DNA of 64,000 nucleotides from Candidatus Niyogibacteria bacterium (GCA_016181935.1 JACOYI010000004.1:5292-69291), one strand, 5' to 3'; positions 44,067 to 54,049 are shown, counted from the stretch's first letter. Notes: generated by a model from the sequence alone, not told the origin. Numbers and translations: made by a program.

Positions 44067-44438
44067 CTACTTCTTCTTCATACCCTCATAAATTTCTCGA
44101 ATTTCTCGCGCGCTTTCCCCGGCCCGGAAGGCCAAATTCACGATACCGAGAACGGTGTCGGATGCGTGCATCGCTTCTTTGAGAACATTCGTGACATCAT
44201 CCGGCAAATCCGCGATCTCCGCCTCGATCAACAGCCAACCGGGTTTGATTTTCAGATAATTCGCGATCTTGATGAGCCGTTGCAAGCTCGGCAATGCTTT
44301 CCCATCTTCGATAGCCGCCATCTGCGTCTCGCTCAACTCAACTGCGGTCGCAAGCGCATGCTGCATGATGTCCCTCTCCATCCGGTGTCGCGTGATCACG
44401 GTCCCGATGTTTTTCGCGTACTGCGCCATGCTCAGCAT
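44067..44438 (-). CDS. XRE-family helix-turn-helix transcriptional regulator
   Basis: 123 aa; Cro/C1-type HTH (HALATAVELSETQMAAIEDGKALPSLQRLIKIANYLKI). Confidence 0.7.
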   Translation of the reverse strand: MLSMAQYAKNIGTVITRHRMERDIMQHALATAVELSETQMAAIEDGKALPSLQRLIKIANYLKIKPGWLLIEAEIADLPDDVTNVLKEAMHASDTVLGIVNLAFRAGESAREIREIYEGMKKK

Positions 44439-44492
44439 GGTTGTCTCCTTTCTGGAAGGTTTGCCGACAGTTTAAAACCCGCCACCATTGAA

Positions 44493-44867
44493 TCAGAAAG
44501 GATGCGGGATGTCAAGATGAGGCATCAGGTCGGTATGGAACGCCGCCTTTGAATCAATGGGAATAATTGCCGCGATGCTCGCGAGTTTTTTATTGGGCCA
44601 CACTTCCTCGCCCAGCATATGGCCTGCGATAAAGAGAGCGCGTTCTTTGTCCAAACATCGGATCGCGCGGCTGATCGCGCAAAGGTCCTTCGGAAATTGT
44701 CCGTGGTCGAAATTCAGAAAAAAGACGATCCCGAAACACGGAAGGACTTTTTCGGTCTCGTCCCCCGGAAACCGATAGGAAACAATTTTATCGCTCCCTT
44801 CCCTGACGCGAACCACATCCGGCAATACCGACCGGATGCGTTCGAGCGGATATTCCAGATTCCACAT
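44493..44867 (-). CDS. hypothetical protein (upstream partner of XRE regulator)
   Basis: About 124 aa from internal Met MWNLEYP...; upstream ORF extension overlaps the neighbouring gene. Confidence 0.35.
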   Translation of the reverse strand: MWNLEYPLERIRSVLPDVVRVREGSDKIVSYRFPGDETEKVLPCFGIVFFLNFDHGQFPKDLCAISRAIRCLDKERALFIAGHMLGEEVWPNKKLASIAAIIPIDSKAAFHTDLMPHLDIPHPF

Positions 44868-44926
44868 CGCTCGCCTCCGATCCACATGGGTTCTCGCGCG
44901 ACAATAACAGAAAATCCCTTTCCGCG

Positions 44927-47900
44927 CTAGAGCGGATTCGGAGATGTGGTGGAGGCGCTGCACCCGGCACCGCAAACGATTGAATACTTTCCAATCGCCT
45001 CAATGTCGAGACGGTTTTCTGAAAACGAAACATTTGAAATCGTCGTTGTTGCGTTGATGACTGAAAGACCGACATTGACCGAACCCATGACGGATCCCCC
45101 TTCAAGCATCAGCGAACCGCCGATCACCCGAAGACCGTTTGAATTATTCGCAAACGCGCTTCCGAAAATGATTCCGTTTCCGTTTTCAATCAAAACGCCG
45201 TAAGAATCTCCGCCTTCGCGATTATTGCGAAATGTTGATCCGGCTATATCAACCGGCGCGCCGTTTATCAAGTGGACGCCGTGCTTCATCGAATATTCAA
45301 CGGCGACATTCCGGAATAAAACCGCGGCTCCGTCCACGATCACCGCCGCACGGCGAAGCATGTTGGAATACCATCGCCCGCCGTAACGGATCACGACATT
45401 TTCCAATGCCGAGTTTACGCTCGTTGGACTGAAATAAATTTGCTTCCAAGAACCAATGTCGGGACACGCCGCCGTGGATGATGCATTGGATGGATCGCAT
45501 ATCCCGTCGCCATTCATATCGCCGCCATATTCGTCGTCCGCGAGACCGGTAAATATGATCGGCTCCGACGCACTGCCGATGGCGCGAAGCGTCCCCAAAA
45601 CGCCCAAGGTCGGCGCGCCGGATGGATTTGTCATTTTAATAACAACGCCCGGCTCGATCGTGAGCGTCACGCCGGCCGCGACCGTTATCGTATCAGCAAC
45701 CAAATACGGGGAGTTTTCTTTGGTGAGCGTTTTATCGGCCGTCAGCATGGAACCGTTCGCGATTTCATAACTGATGCTGTTGCGCGCTTTTGGCGTTCCG
45801 TTGATTTGCGCCCCGCCGGCATCATTTCCGTTTTTTATCAGCGTGTTGTTTCGCCCCCAATTCGCACAATCATTGCCGGATGCATTTGCATCATAGCGTT
45901 CCATGGTCCAAAACCATGGCGATTCGAGACCGGCACACCAGCGACCCCGCGGACCTAATGTCCCAACCTCATCCATCGTCGTTGTCGCCGCGCCGTCAAA
46001 ATATTCAAGAAACAATTTTTCGCCTCCGTTTTCGAGACCCGACCCGTTCCCGTTTCCGCTAAACGGCGCGATCAGATTCGCCGTAATATCGCTGACCGTG
46101 TCATCGTCCGTACGCTCGATCAAATAAAATCCCTTTGCTGGAATGATGCCGTCGAGTTCAATGAACGGCACGCCATCCGCCGCGCGGATAAACCAATGAT
46201 CGAGCGGAATGTCTATTCCTGTCGGATTATACAGCTCGATCCATTCGTCGGCGGACGATGTCGCGGTACCCATCCATGCGATCTCGTTAATGACAACGGG
46301 ACGCGCTGAAACCTCCACCGTTTTTGAAATCGCCAAACCGTTTCCGACCGCATCAACTGCTTGGACCGTGAATGTATACAAGACCCGATCGCTTACAGGA
46401 ACGACGACCGCCGCTGATGATGTTGCGATGATCTGCGGAAAACCGGAGCATGCCGTACCGGCGGTCTCGCATGCAATTTCAAACCGCGCGAAGTCCGGCG
46501 CGTCCGATGATGCAACAAGCGTTACCGTTGTCGTTGCGATCAAACATCCGGAAGACGAAAATGACGCCGCACATTCGAGAATTTCGAATGTAAAATCCGG
46601 CGGCACGTTTAGCGGCGGCGTGGATGTTGCCGCTTCTTCCGTTGAAGTCGCGGACTCTAGTGTCAACGGCGCGGCAATTTCATCTGTTGCTGTAGTAATA
46701 GAAGTATCCGCGGTTCCAGCTTGTCCGCCTAAATTTTGCTCAGTAAACTTTTGGCGCGGCGCCTCGCCGCCCGCGCCTGCAGAACCCGCAGGAATCGCAA
46801 TCAAACCAAACGAGTCACGAAGCGGTGGGTTCGGCGTGCTCGCCGTAAGCGAATTCGGATCGTAGCTGGAATCCATGACAATAGTTCCCGCTACCGCATC
46901 TCCGCTGTAAATAAGAGGTTCGACCTCAAGATTGCTGAGAGGTCGAACCTCGGAATTTGAGTTCAAAGGTTTAACCTCGTCTGTTCCTGAGGTCAAACCT
47001 TGGCGGTCGTCTGGTGATTGTGAACTTGGAAACCGAGTTTCCAAGTCGTTAGAATTCCCCAAATCCTCCGGTGTTACACTTGAACCATAAAGCGCGGCGG
47101 TAATGTTAAAAATGCTGTCGCGCGAGGCATCAAAAATTTTCTGAAACCATGTGCGGTTTTTCAAATAAAGCGCCTTTGTCTGTTTTTCCTTTTCAACCTT
47201 ATCAAAAAACAACTTGATGACTCCGGCGCCGTGAAGAACGGCCTGTTTAGAAAGTCGGGACCAGTAGTCGGAGAGGATGAGGTTGTCATTATCTTTTAGT
47301 TGCGGCCTCTCATCGCCTATCGAGGTTCTCCATTCTTCATTAATTGGCATCAAAGCTAATTTATATTTGCTATCTTTCGAATCTCGGTACGCAAACCTAT
47401 AGACTTGACCATCACTTAAAATCTCTTTTTTAAAAAAATCTACTGTCGGAGATGTATAGTTTGGAGAAAAAATCGTATCTTCGCTGAAAAAATTACCGTT
47501 CGAGTATGCGGCGAGATTTCCAAAATAATCTTCGAGTGAATTGAGTAGAGTTGGCTTACTATTTCCGATGCCAACTAACTCAAATCCGTTCTCAAATTTT
47601 TCGGTCCAGTGTTCGTATGGGCTTCCCCAATCAAGGATTGACGGATGCGGGTCGTTGCGCGTATGATCCGGCACGCTCGCGTCCTGAATCAAATGCAAAA
47701 TATGTCCGAGCGTCTCAAGTCCACGATTTTTGTCACGCCACGCGTATTCGTAGATCGCGCGCTCCCATGAAAAATCATCCTCGGTCGAAAAAAGCTCCTT
47801 GATGCCGCCCGCCCCAACCGCCGCAAGACCCCCTTGCTCAATGGTCGCTTCGGCCCATTCTTTGGAGCTCGAAAATCCAAAAAGTCCGCGCTCGTACACG

Positions 47901-48145
47901 GGGTCATAGAAATGATGCATAAACCGCGCGCCGTCATCCTCTTCCATGCTTCCCTGTTTCATAAGCGCTTTTGCGCCGTCATCCAGTTTGAGTGCTGAAA
48001 AATGACTGTTAAAGAAATCAACCGTTTCGTCGGTCAATGCTGCATGCGTCCCAACTCCATATGCAAATAGAAAAGACGGCCACAACAAAATTGTTGTGAC
48101 CGCGTAAATAAAGAGGCGCTTGATTACATATCGTAAATCTTCCAT
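44927..48145 (-). CDS. large secreted protein: Zn-dependent PLC / S1-P1 nuclease-like domain + lamin-tail domain + parallel beta-helix
   Basis: 1072 aa; signal peptide; GTHAAL...HILHLIQDASVPDHTRND histidine pattern; mid LTD (VVINEIAWMGTATSSADEWIELYNPTG...HWFI); C-terminal beta-helix repeats. Confidence 0.7.
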   Translation of the reverse strand: MEDLRYVIKRLFIYAVTTILLWPSFLFAYGVGTHAALTDETVDFFNSHFSALKLDDGAKALMKQGSMEEDDGARFMHHFYDPVYERGLFGFSSSKEWAEATIEQGGLAAVGAGGIKELFSTEDDFSWERAIYEYAWRDKNRGLETLGHILHLIQDASVPDHTRNDPHPSILDWGSPYEHWTEKFENGFELVGIGNSKPTLLNSLEDYFGNLAAYSNGNFFSEDTIFSPNYTSPTVDFFKKEILSDGQVYRFAYRDSKDSKYKLALMPINEEWRTSIGDERPQLKDNDNLILSDYWSRLSKQAVLHGAGVIKLFFDKVEKEKQTKALYLKNRTWFQKIFDASRDSIFNITAALYGSSVTPEDLGNSNDLETRFPSSQSPDDRQGLTSGTDEVKPLNSNSEVRPLSNLEVEPLIYSGDAVAGTIVMDSSYDPNSLTASTPNPPLRDSFGLIAIPAGSAGAGGEAPRQKFTEQNLGGQAGTADTSITTATDEIAAPLTLESATSTEEAATSTPPLNVPPDFTFEILECAASFSSSGCLIATTTVTLVASSDAPDFARFEIACETAGTACSGFPQIIATSSAAVVVPVSDRVLYTFTVQAVDAVGNGLAISKTVEVSARPVVINEIAWMGTATSSADEWIELYNPTGIDIPLDHWFIRAADGVPFIELDGIIPAKGFYLIERTDDDTVSDITANLIAPFSGNGNGSGLENGGEKLFLEYFDGAATTTMDEVGTLGPRGRWCAGLESPWFWTMERYDANASGNDCANWGRNNTLIKNGNDAGGAQINGTPKARNSISYEIANGSMLTADKTLTKENSPYLVADTITVAAGVTLTIEPGVVIKMTNPSGAPTLGVLGTLRAIGSASEPIIFTGLADDEYGGDMNGDGICDPSNASSTAACPDIGSWKQIYFSPTSVNSALENVVIRYGGRWYSNMLRRAAVIVDGAAVLFRNVAVEYSMKHGVHLINGAPVDIAGSTFRNNREGGDSYGVLIENGNGIIFGSAFANNSNGLRVIGGSLMLEGGSVMGSVNVGLSVINATTTISNVSFSENRLDIEAIGKYSIVCGAGCSASTTSPNPL

Positions 48146-48597
48146 AGCTTATTATATGGGTTCACGGCGAGTGAAATTTGCAAAGTCACCTCGTTATCTT
48201 TATTTGCAACTGTAAAAAGCACGGATTCATTATCCTCTTTTCCTATTTTTGCTTTTTCAAGATCAGTTATCATCTCATCAAAAAATCCATTCTCCATAAT
48301 CTTTTTAAAATTTTTATTCCATTCTTCCTGTTTATCCACAATAAAATACCTACTCGCCAGCTCGATATCCCCTGCTTTCAGGGCGTCAATAAATAACTGC
48401 AGGGTCTCCTCCGGTGTCTGACCGCCATAGGTATCCTCCGCATACAGCCGCTCAAGCTCTGCGAGCCGCCGTTCTGCCTGCCGCTCCGGACTAAAATAGG
48501 TTTGCAAAACATAAAGCGAAATGAGCGATACCCCGATGATCGCCACAAACCCCGCAATAAACTTCAAACTTGTTTTATTGATCATCGTATTGTTCAT
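48124..48597 (-). CDS. hypothetical secreted/membrane-anchored protein (AT-rich)
   Basis: 157 aa; N-terminal TM; about 38% GC. Confidence 0.45.
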   Translation of the reverse strand: MNNTMINKTSLKFIAGFVAIIGVSLISLYVLQTYFSPERQAERRLAELERLYAEDTYGGQTPEETLQLFIDALKAGDIELASRYFIVDKQEEWNKNFKKIMENGFFDEMITDLEKAKIGKEDNESVLFTVANKDNEVTLQISLAVNPYNKLWKIYDM

Positions 48598-48617
48598 TTA
48601 TGTATATATGCCCCACC

Positions 48618-48656
48618 CCACTCCCAAAGGGTAGTCCTTTGGGTGGATACTGTGGA
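48618..48656. repeat. REP element (CCCAAAGGGTAGTCCTTTGGG + TGGATA/TGTGGATAAC extension), 3' flank of RAYT
   Basis: cccaaagggtagtcctttgggtggatactgtggataac. Confidence 0.8.
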
Positions 48657-48659
48657 TAA

Positions 48660-49385
48660 CTATGCATACTGCTCTCTACCTAAAAGATTCTCCTCCGGAA
48701 CCGAAGAAAACTGGATCCATTCTGTAATGAAATCCTCAAATTCCCCCGATTCGTTGAAATACTCCGGAAAGGCGTTTTGAGTAAGAACGATTCTCTCGGG
48801 CCGCTTCTTTCCCGCGTAATCCGCATAGCTCGAATATCCGTAGCGATTCAAAAAATCCCGCGCCCGCTCCGTGTCCTCCACCCCTCTTTCCCGCCATTCC
48901 GGATACAAAAATTTCAAGGGATTTAAATGAATATAGGAAAAAAGGTACTTCAAATACTCGTCGCTCTCCGTGTGCCGCGCCTGAAACGTCCCCTCGAACA
49001 GTCCGCCGGTCCGTCCGTATCTCTTATTATAGTACATCGAATACGCGGTCGAGACCTTCCCCATGAATTTCGTGATGGAATTCTCGGCTGTTTCCTTCAA
49101 AAGAAGGTGAAAATGGTTCGGCATCAGGCAATAGGCGCCGACAGCAACCAACTCCTCTCCCTTATCCACCTTCTCCAGTTCATCGAATTTCCCAAAGGGT
49201 AGTCCTTTGGGAAACTGATCGCGTATATTGACCGGCTTCGAGCCGTTGCAAAGATACAAAAGCGCTAAAAACCGCGAGTAGTCATTGGGATTCTCAAAAA
49301 TCGATCGCTTGTCATTCCCGCGATTAAAAACGTGATAGAACTCTCCGATTGAAAATTCGAATTTTCGCTCCATCCACCCATTCAA
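48660..49385 (-). CDS. REP-associated tyrosine transposase (RAYT; IS200/IS605-like Y1 HUH transposase)
   Basis: 241 aa; YHVFNRGNDKRSIF...AYCLMPNHFHLLLKE (HUH motif) and downstream Tyr region; flanked on both sides by inverted REP copies; internal half-REP at 49185-49206. Confidence 0.8.
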   Translation of the reverse strand: MNGWMERKFEFSIGEFYHVFNRGNDKRSIFENPNDYSRFLALLYLCNGSKPVNIRDQFPKGLPFGKFDELEKVDKGEELVAVGAYCLMPNHFHLLLKETAENSITKFMGKVSTAYSMYYNKRYGRTGGLFEGTFQARHTESDEYLKYLFSYIHLNPLKFLYPEWRERGVEDTERARDFLNRYGYSSYADYAGKKRPERIVLTQNAFPEYFNESGEFEDFITEWIQFSSVPEENLLGREQYA

Positions 49386-49390
49386 TCACC

Positions 49391-49498
49391 CATAATTCCC
49401 AAAGGGTAGTCCTTTGGGTGGATAAACTGTGGATAACTTCCTCCAAAGGGCCGCTTTTTGGGAAAGTTATCCACCCAAAGGACTACCCTTTGTATATT
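49391..49498. repeat. BIME-like composite REP (two inverted REPs around an internal hairpin), 5' flank of RAYT
   Basis: CCCAAAGGGTAGTCCTTTGGGTGGATAA-actgtggataactt-cctccaaagggccgctttttgggaaag-TTATCCACCCAAAGGACTACCCTTTG. Confidence 0.85.
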
Positions 49499-50216
49499 AA
49501 AGATTGGAGAGGGCGGTTTTTAGGTCTTGAGAGGAGTCGGGGTTCGAAGCAATGCCGTCCTGCAAAACCTTGCGGGCTTTCGCTGTATCTTTCATGATAT
49601 CCACATAAAACTCGTAGGTTTTGTAATAGGGATAGACACTATTCGGCTCGGCGGCGATGCCTGCCAAAAGATACTGCTCCGCTTTTGCGTTATCCTTCAA
49701 ATACCATCCGTACAAATCGCCAAGATTCAAAAATGCGGTGGAGCTTTTGGGTCGCAAAATCGTAGCGAATTTCCACGCTTCGATCGCCCCATTATAATCA
49801 TTTGCCGCTTTCCGGAAAATACCGAGATTTAGCCATCCTTGAAGGTAGTCATAATTCTCGGTGAGTGTCTTTATTACCGCGGTAATTTTTGAAACCGCAT
49901 CTGCGTTCGCGTCTGCCGGAATCTCGCGTGTTAAACTCGGCATCTGCGCCTTAATCAATTCTTTTACGTCTTCTTCGGAGGCCGAATCTTTTGCGTTTTC
50001 TTCAGAAATTAGATTTTTCAACCCCTCATCTGTTGTCGTTCCTTTTCTTAAAGAATCGCTATTCGGAATCCGGTCCCAAATATACCAACCGCTGATGCCA
50101 AAAGCGGCTATAAGAAAAATTACAAAAACAAGCATCCGAGACGTACTTAACATGACTTTTTCTTCGGGCGCTGTTTCTTTGGGGTCTATAGATTCCATAG
50201 AATCCAATCCTATCAA
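49497..50216 (-). CDS. TPR-repeat protein with N-terminal membrane anchor
   Basis: 239 aa; TM helix then TPR-like repeats (AFLNLGDLYGWY.., NSVYPYYKTYEFYV..). Confidence 0.55.
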   Translation of the reverse strand: MIGLDSMESIDPKETAPEEKVMLSTSRMLVFVIFLIAAFGISGWYIWDRIPNSDSLRKGTTTDEGLKNLISEENAKDSASEEDVKELIKAQMPSLTREIPADANADAVSKITAVIKTLTENYDYLQGWLNLGIFRKAANDYNGAIEAWKFATILRPKSSTAFLNLGDLYGWYLKDNAKAEQYLLAGIAAEPNSVYPYYKTYEFYVDIMKDTAKARKVLQDGIASNPDSSQDLKTALSNL

Positions 50217-50261
50217 AAAAAGCTTTAAAATTCAACAAGACTGTTTAAAAAGGATTGGTTA

Positions 50262-50308
50262 TACACAGGTTATCCACCCAAAGGACTACCCTTTGGGTGG
50301 ATGGAGTT
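50262..50308. repeat. REP element with TTATACACA/TTATCCACC extension
   Basis: ggttatacacaggttatccacccaaaggactaccctttgggtggatgg. Confidence 0.75.
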
Positions 50309-50413
50309 AGATGGAGAACAAAGAAAACCCCCCGCCTTTGGCGGGGGGTTTTCCCATACTGCTCGCTAAGCCACAAGGATGCTTAGGAGTGTACTATGCT
50401 TGCAATTCGAGGA

Positions 50414-53400
50414 TCAGTTGGACGAGAAGTACTCGTAATCCTGGTCATCGAAGATTCCGTAGCCGTTCGTGAAGTCGAGATCAAACCGGCTTACAGCCGT
50501 TGTCGTTGAAATCGGCGACCAGATAAAGTCGTTATTGGTGTCGTTTTCAACGATTGAGGCCTGACGCATAGCAGCATTTACGCCATGAGTTGTAGTCGGA
50601 AATGCCGCGTCGCCGCTGATCCGAACCGAAATCTGATCCGTAACCGTATTTCCGGTTTCCACATTCGCAATCGTGCCCTTCAACTGGAACCATCGGGTTG
50701 CGCCAGACGGAATTGTGTATGTCGTTGTTGCGGCACATGCCGTTGTTCCTTTATCCGGATAGATCATGACCTGTAACGGACTATTGTTCACGCCCGGTGT
50801 CTGCGTTGTGTTCGTTATTTTGTTGTCACCATTCACGCAGTTTCCGTAGTTGATAAGGCCGTTGGTAAAGCCTTGATCCGCAAGACCAGTCGTGAATGTG
50901 GTCGAGTCATACACGTACAACCCATAGGTCGATGTTGTTGCCTGCTGTGTAGAAGACGAAACATCGAACTGGAATTTGTAGATCGCAAGATCTCCGTTGT
51001 TCGCTTTGACACTGAACCGATACAACACATAGCCGCTCTGGGTTCCACCCGACAATGTGTATGTCGGCAAGCTGGTCAATTTGGTCAGCGACGGATATGC
51101 CTTGTAGATACGAACACCATTGGATGCAGTGTCGCTAGAAGCCGGCGTGATATTACTGCCGGATGCGACACCAACGCCGTAGTTACCGTTTGTTCCTTCG
51201 TTGTCACCGTCATAATCAACATACAAGAGATCGCCGGACTCCGTCAGCGGACCGGAATTGCTAACCGCCGAGATATCTCCCTTGACTGTCAAAACCTTTG
51301 CGGTATCACGCAGAATGCGGAAGTTTGTTATGGCACTCGATGTTGCCGCATCGCCAGTCGGGAAAATTGCCTCGCCTACTTGCGTCGCGCCATCCCACAA
51401 CGTTACTTTGCGTCCCACCAAGTCAACCGGTGTGTTGGATGCATTATTCGTTAACTGAAGCGCGACTTGTCGAAGGTCAATATCCTCATTTGCTGCCGAG
51501 AAACGGATCTTCGAAAGCGTAACTCCCGTCGCACCAGCTCCCACCTGCGTGTATCCGGGGCTTCCTGCATCCAACGCAACCGTAAGCGATCCGCCTGTAG
51601 ACACGGTCATTTTTTGACCTGCGGAATCTGTGAAGGTCTCCGTAACGGTCTGGCCGCTCGTAAGTCCTGACGCGCCGGTGAAATTATCATCTTCCGCTCC
51701 GTCAATACCCCACTCGAAGAAACCATTGTTCGTGGCAGAACCCGACACATCGCATTTCACCGTTAAGGTCTTGGATGTTCCTTTTGCAAGAGTGATGCCA
51801 GAACCATCGAACACGAAGCTCGTTGAAGAGCTCTTTGCAGACGGGTTCTTGATATTTGTCGAATTAATAACAACTGCACCGTCATACATCTTGCAATTCG
51901 TAAGATCGGTTGCGGCGCCAGCACCCGTAGAGAAGTTGTACTCCACCGGCAAACTGACCAAGCGAATATCTTCGCCCGCCGCTGTCGTATCCACGATGTA
52001 ATTGGCAAATGCGAATTGAGATACTCCTCGAATCACGGTCTGTGCGATCGGAACGCTCGATACCGAAACCGTCAGCGCGCCGGTCTTCACCGTCATTGCG
52101 CTAAAGGTGAGAGCCGAGTCCGGATTCGGAGTAATGGTTTTACCCGTAATTTGACCGGTTACTGTTCCCCAGTTCGACGGCGTTGTAGATGCCGTAATCG
52201 TATCGTCGTTGTCGAAGTCCGTTCCGTATTTTCCTTTCAAGATATAGCTCTTTACGCCGATCGGGAACGTGATGGTGTCTGTGAAGATAATTTCTGCATC
52301 GGATTTACCTGTTGCGCCCCCCGTATCGGCTTCCACTGCGCCATCAACCGGACCCGCAACAACCGCGCCGTTTTCATCGTAGAGCGAGAAGCTCGTAAGA
52401 TCGGCTTCGGTTTCACCGGCTCCATCGGTAAGGGTGACGTTAAAGGCCAACCGCGCAACCGTGATCGGTTCTCCGCGAACATCCGTGGTGAATGCGGCCA
52501 ACGGCAGACCCGGCAAGTTTACGGCAACATTTTGCGCCGGAACTAACGCCGAATTCGTTGAAACCGTCATGGTTCCCGCCGAAACCTCTACTTGCGCCGC
52601 ATCGAAGTACGGATCATCCGTGGTCTTGAACTGCGCGCTATCCGCAGTAGTGTTTGAACCAAACGGAGGCGTGATGCCATACCCGTAAGTGGCGCCGGTA
52701 AACGCGATATCGGTTCGCTTCTGAATGTCGAAGTCAATGGTTCTCGCTGAACCGCCAGTAATATCGGCTTTGATCAAGAATTCGCGTGAGAACCCTTTCT
52801 TCATTTCAATTCCTTTTCCTCCGTTATCAGTGAAAATGGTTGTGTAATACTTGCCATCCGCGCTGACCGTCGCCATGTATTCACTCCCATTGCCAAGAAC
52901 CTTTACATTCGAAAGATCATCCTTGGAAGCGGAACCCGACTGATACCATCGGATGTATTTAATGTATACATCTTCCTGGCTTCCGGAGGTGAGCTTAACA
53001 GCCGAAAAGGTGTAATTCTTTGTTCCAACTTCTTTGGTCTGTGAAGAGCCCGGGTCCAACGAACCGCGCGCTACCGTGCTGATCGTACCAATAGAAAGCG
53101 TTTCGTTAATCGTATGACCCGCGCCCGTAATCGGGAATGAACCAACCACGGGAGCATTTGCAGCAACGCCAACTACGGAAAGGTAGGCGATCTGTCCGCC
53201 GTATCCGCCAGGTGTTGTCTGTGCATTGCCCGCGATCGTCATCGTTCGGGTTTGACCCGCATTGATGGTGAAATCCTCGGTTAAAATCGCTTGGTGCAAA
53301 GAATTTAGGGTTTTCACCAATCCAACTTGCGTTCCGTTTTCATCTAAGAGAAGGACTCCGGAGAATGCTGCATCGTTCGCAAGACCCGTTCGTTCCACCG

Positions 53401-54049
53401 TGATGGAATCCACTGTTACAGCGCCGTTTGCCGGGGCCGTCAAGCGCAATACCGTGAATGGCACGCGCGCTGAATCCTCTGGCATCAAACTGGATGCCGG
53501 CTGGGTTCCTGCCGTAACCGTCAAACCACTGCCGACAGGGACAACGACTGTCCCGCCCGTGGTTCCTCCGGTCGTTCCTCCCGCAAGCGAATTATATTTT
53601 GCCTGCGAAATAGGACCGAAATAACCGACTGCCGGCGAAACTCCATTTGCCGCCTGCCATTTTGCGACCGCCGCGCGGGTCAATGAACCAAAATACGATG
53701 ATTCATTTCCCGGAGAACCGGCTCCGCTTGCGGAAACTTGGTATCCCGCGCCATTAAGGTATTTCTGCAGACACGTTACATCTGTGCCCGTCGAACCCAC
53801 GGTAAGGCTTCGCGTGAATCCGCATGCGCCCGCAGTCGTTGTCCCACCCTGCAACGCCGCAAGGTTCGCCTGAAGCGTCGCGATCTGTGCGAGCAGGGCT
53901 TGGATCTGCGCTTGCAGATCGGCAGCTGTCTGCGCTCCGGCAATGACCGGCGCCAGATACGCCGCACCCGCCAACCACAATGCGGTTGTGACGCTAAGAG
54001 CGATGGAAGCAACTTTGTGCTTTTTCGCTTCTTTCGTGAACTGACTCAT
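50414..54049 (-). CDS. giant cell-surface protein with peptidoglycan-binding domain
   Basis: 1211 aa; signal peptide, coiled-coil, PG_binding_1-like (CLQKYLNGAGY...GYFGPISQAKY), then Thr/Gly-rich beta-rich repeats. Confidence 0.6.
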   Translation of the reverse strand: MSQFTKEAKKHKVASIALSVTTALWLAGAAYLAPVIAGAQTAADLQAQIQALLAQIATLQANLAALQGGTTTAGACGFTRSLTVGSTGTDVTCLQKYLNGAGYQVSASGAGSPGNESSYFGSLTRAAVAKWQAANGVSPAVGYFGPISQAKYNSLAGGTTGGTTGGTVVVPVGSGLTVTAGTQPASSLMPEDSARVPFTVLRLTAPANGAVTVDSITVERTGLANDAAFSGVLLLDENGTQVGLVKTLNSLHQAILTEDFTINAGQTRTMTIAGNAQTTPGGYGGQIAYLSVVGVAANAPVVGSFPITGAGHTINETLSIGTISTVARGSLDPGSSQTKEVGTKNYTFSAVKLTSGSQEDVYIKYIRWYQSGSASKDDLSNVKVLGNGSEYMATVSADGKYYTTIFTDNGGKGIEMKKGFSREFLIKADITGGSARTIDFDIQKRTDIAFTGATYGYGITPPFGSNTTADSAQFKTTDDPYFDAAQVEVSAGTMTVSTNSALVPAQNVAVNLPGLPLAAFTTDVRGEPITVARLAFNVTLTDGAGETEADLTSFSLYDENGAVVAGPVDGAVEADTGGATGKSDAEIIFTDTITFPIGVKSYILKGKYGTDFDNDDTITASTTPSNWGTVTGQITGKTITPNPDSALTFSAMTVKTGALTVSVSSVPIAQTVIRGVSQFAFANYIVDTTAAGEDIRLVSLPVEYNFSTGAGAATDLTNCKMYDGAVVINSTNIKNPSAKSSSTSFVFDGSGITLAKGTSKTLTVKCDVSGSATNNGFFEWGIDGAEDDNFTGASGLTSGQTVTETFTDSAGQKMTVSTGGSLTVALDAGSPGYTQVGAGATGVTLSKIRFSAANEDIDLRQVALQLTNNASNTPVDLVGRKVTLWDGATQVGEAIFPTGDAATSSAITNFRILRDTAKVLTVKGDISAVSNSGPLTESGDLLYVDYDGDNEGTNGNYGVGVASGSNITPASSDTASNGVRIYKAYPSLTKLTSLPTYTLSGGTQSGYVLYRFSVKANNGDLAIYKFQFDVSSSTQQATTSTYGLYVYDSTTFTTGLADQGFTNGLINYGNCVNGDNKITNTTQTPGVNNSPLQVMIYPDKGTTACAATTTYTIPSGATRWFQLKGTIANVETGNTVTDQISVRISGDAAFPTTTHGVNAAMRQASIVENDTNNDFIWSPISTTTAVSRFDLDFTNGYGIFDDQDYEYFSSN

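Noticed and set aside
48630-50310. Cluster of DnaA-box-like sequences (TTATCCACA/TTATCCACC) as a candidate oriC
   Set aside because: The boxes are embedded in the extended REP/BIME copies flanking the RAYT gene. There is no dnaA/dnaN nearby and no obvious AT-rich unwinding element. Treated as a repeat-borne motif pending a GC-skew check.
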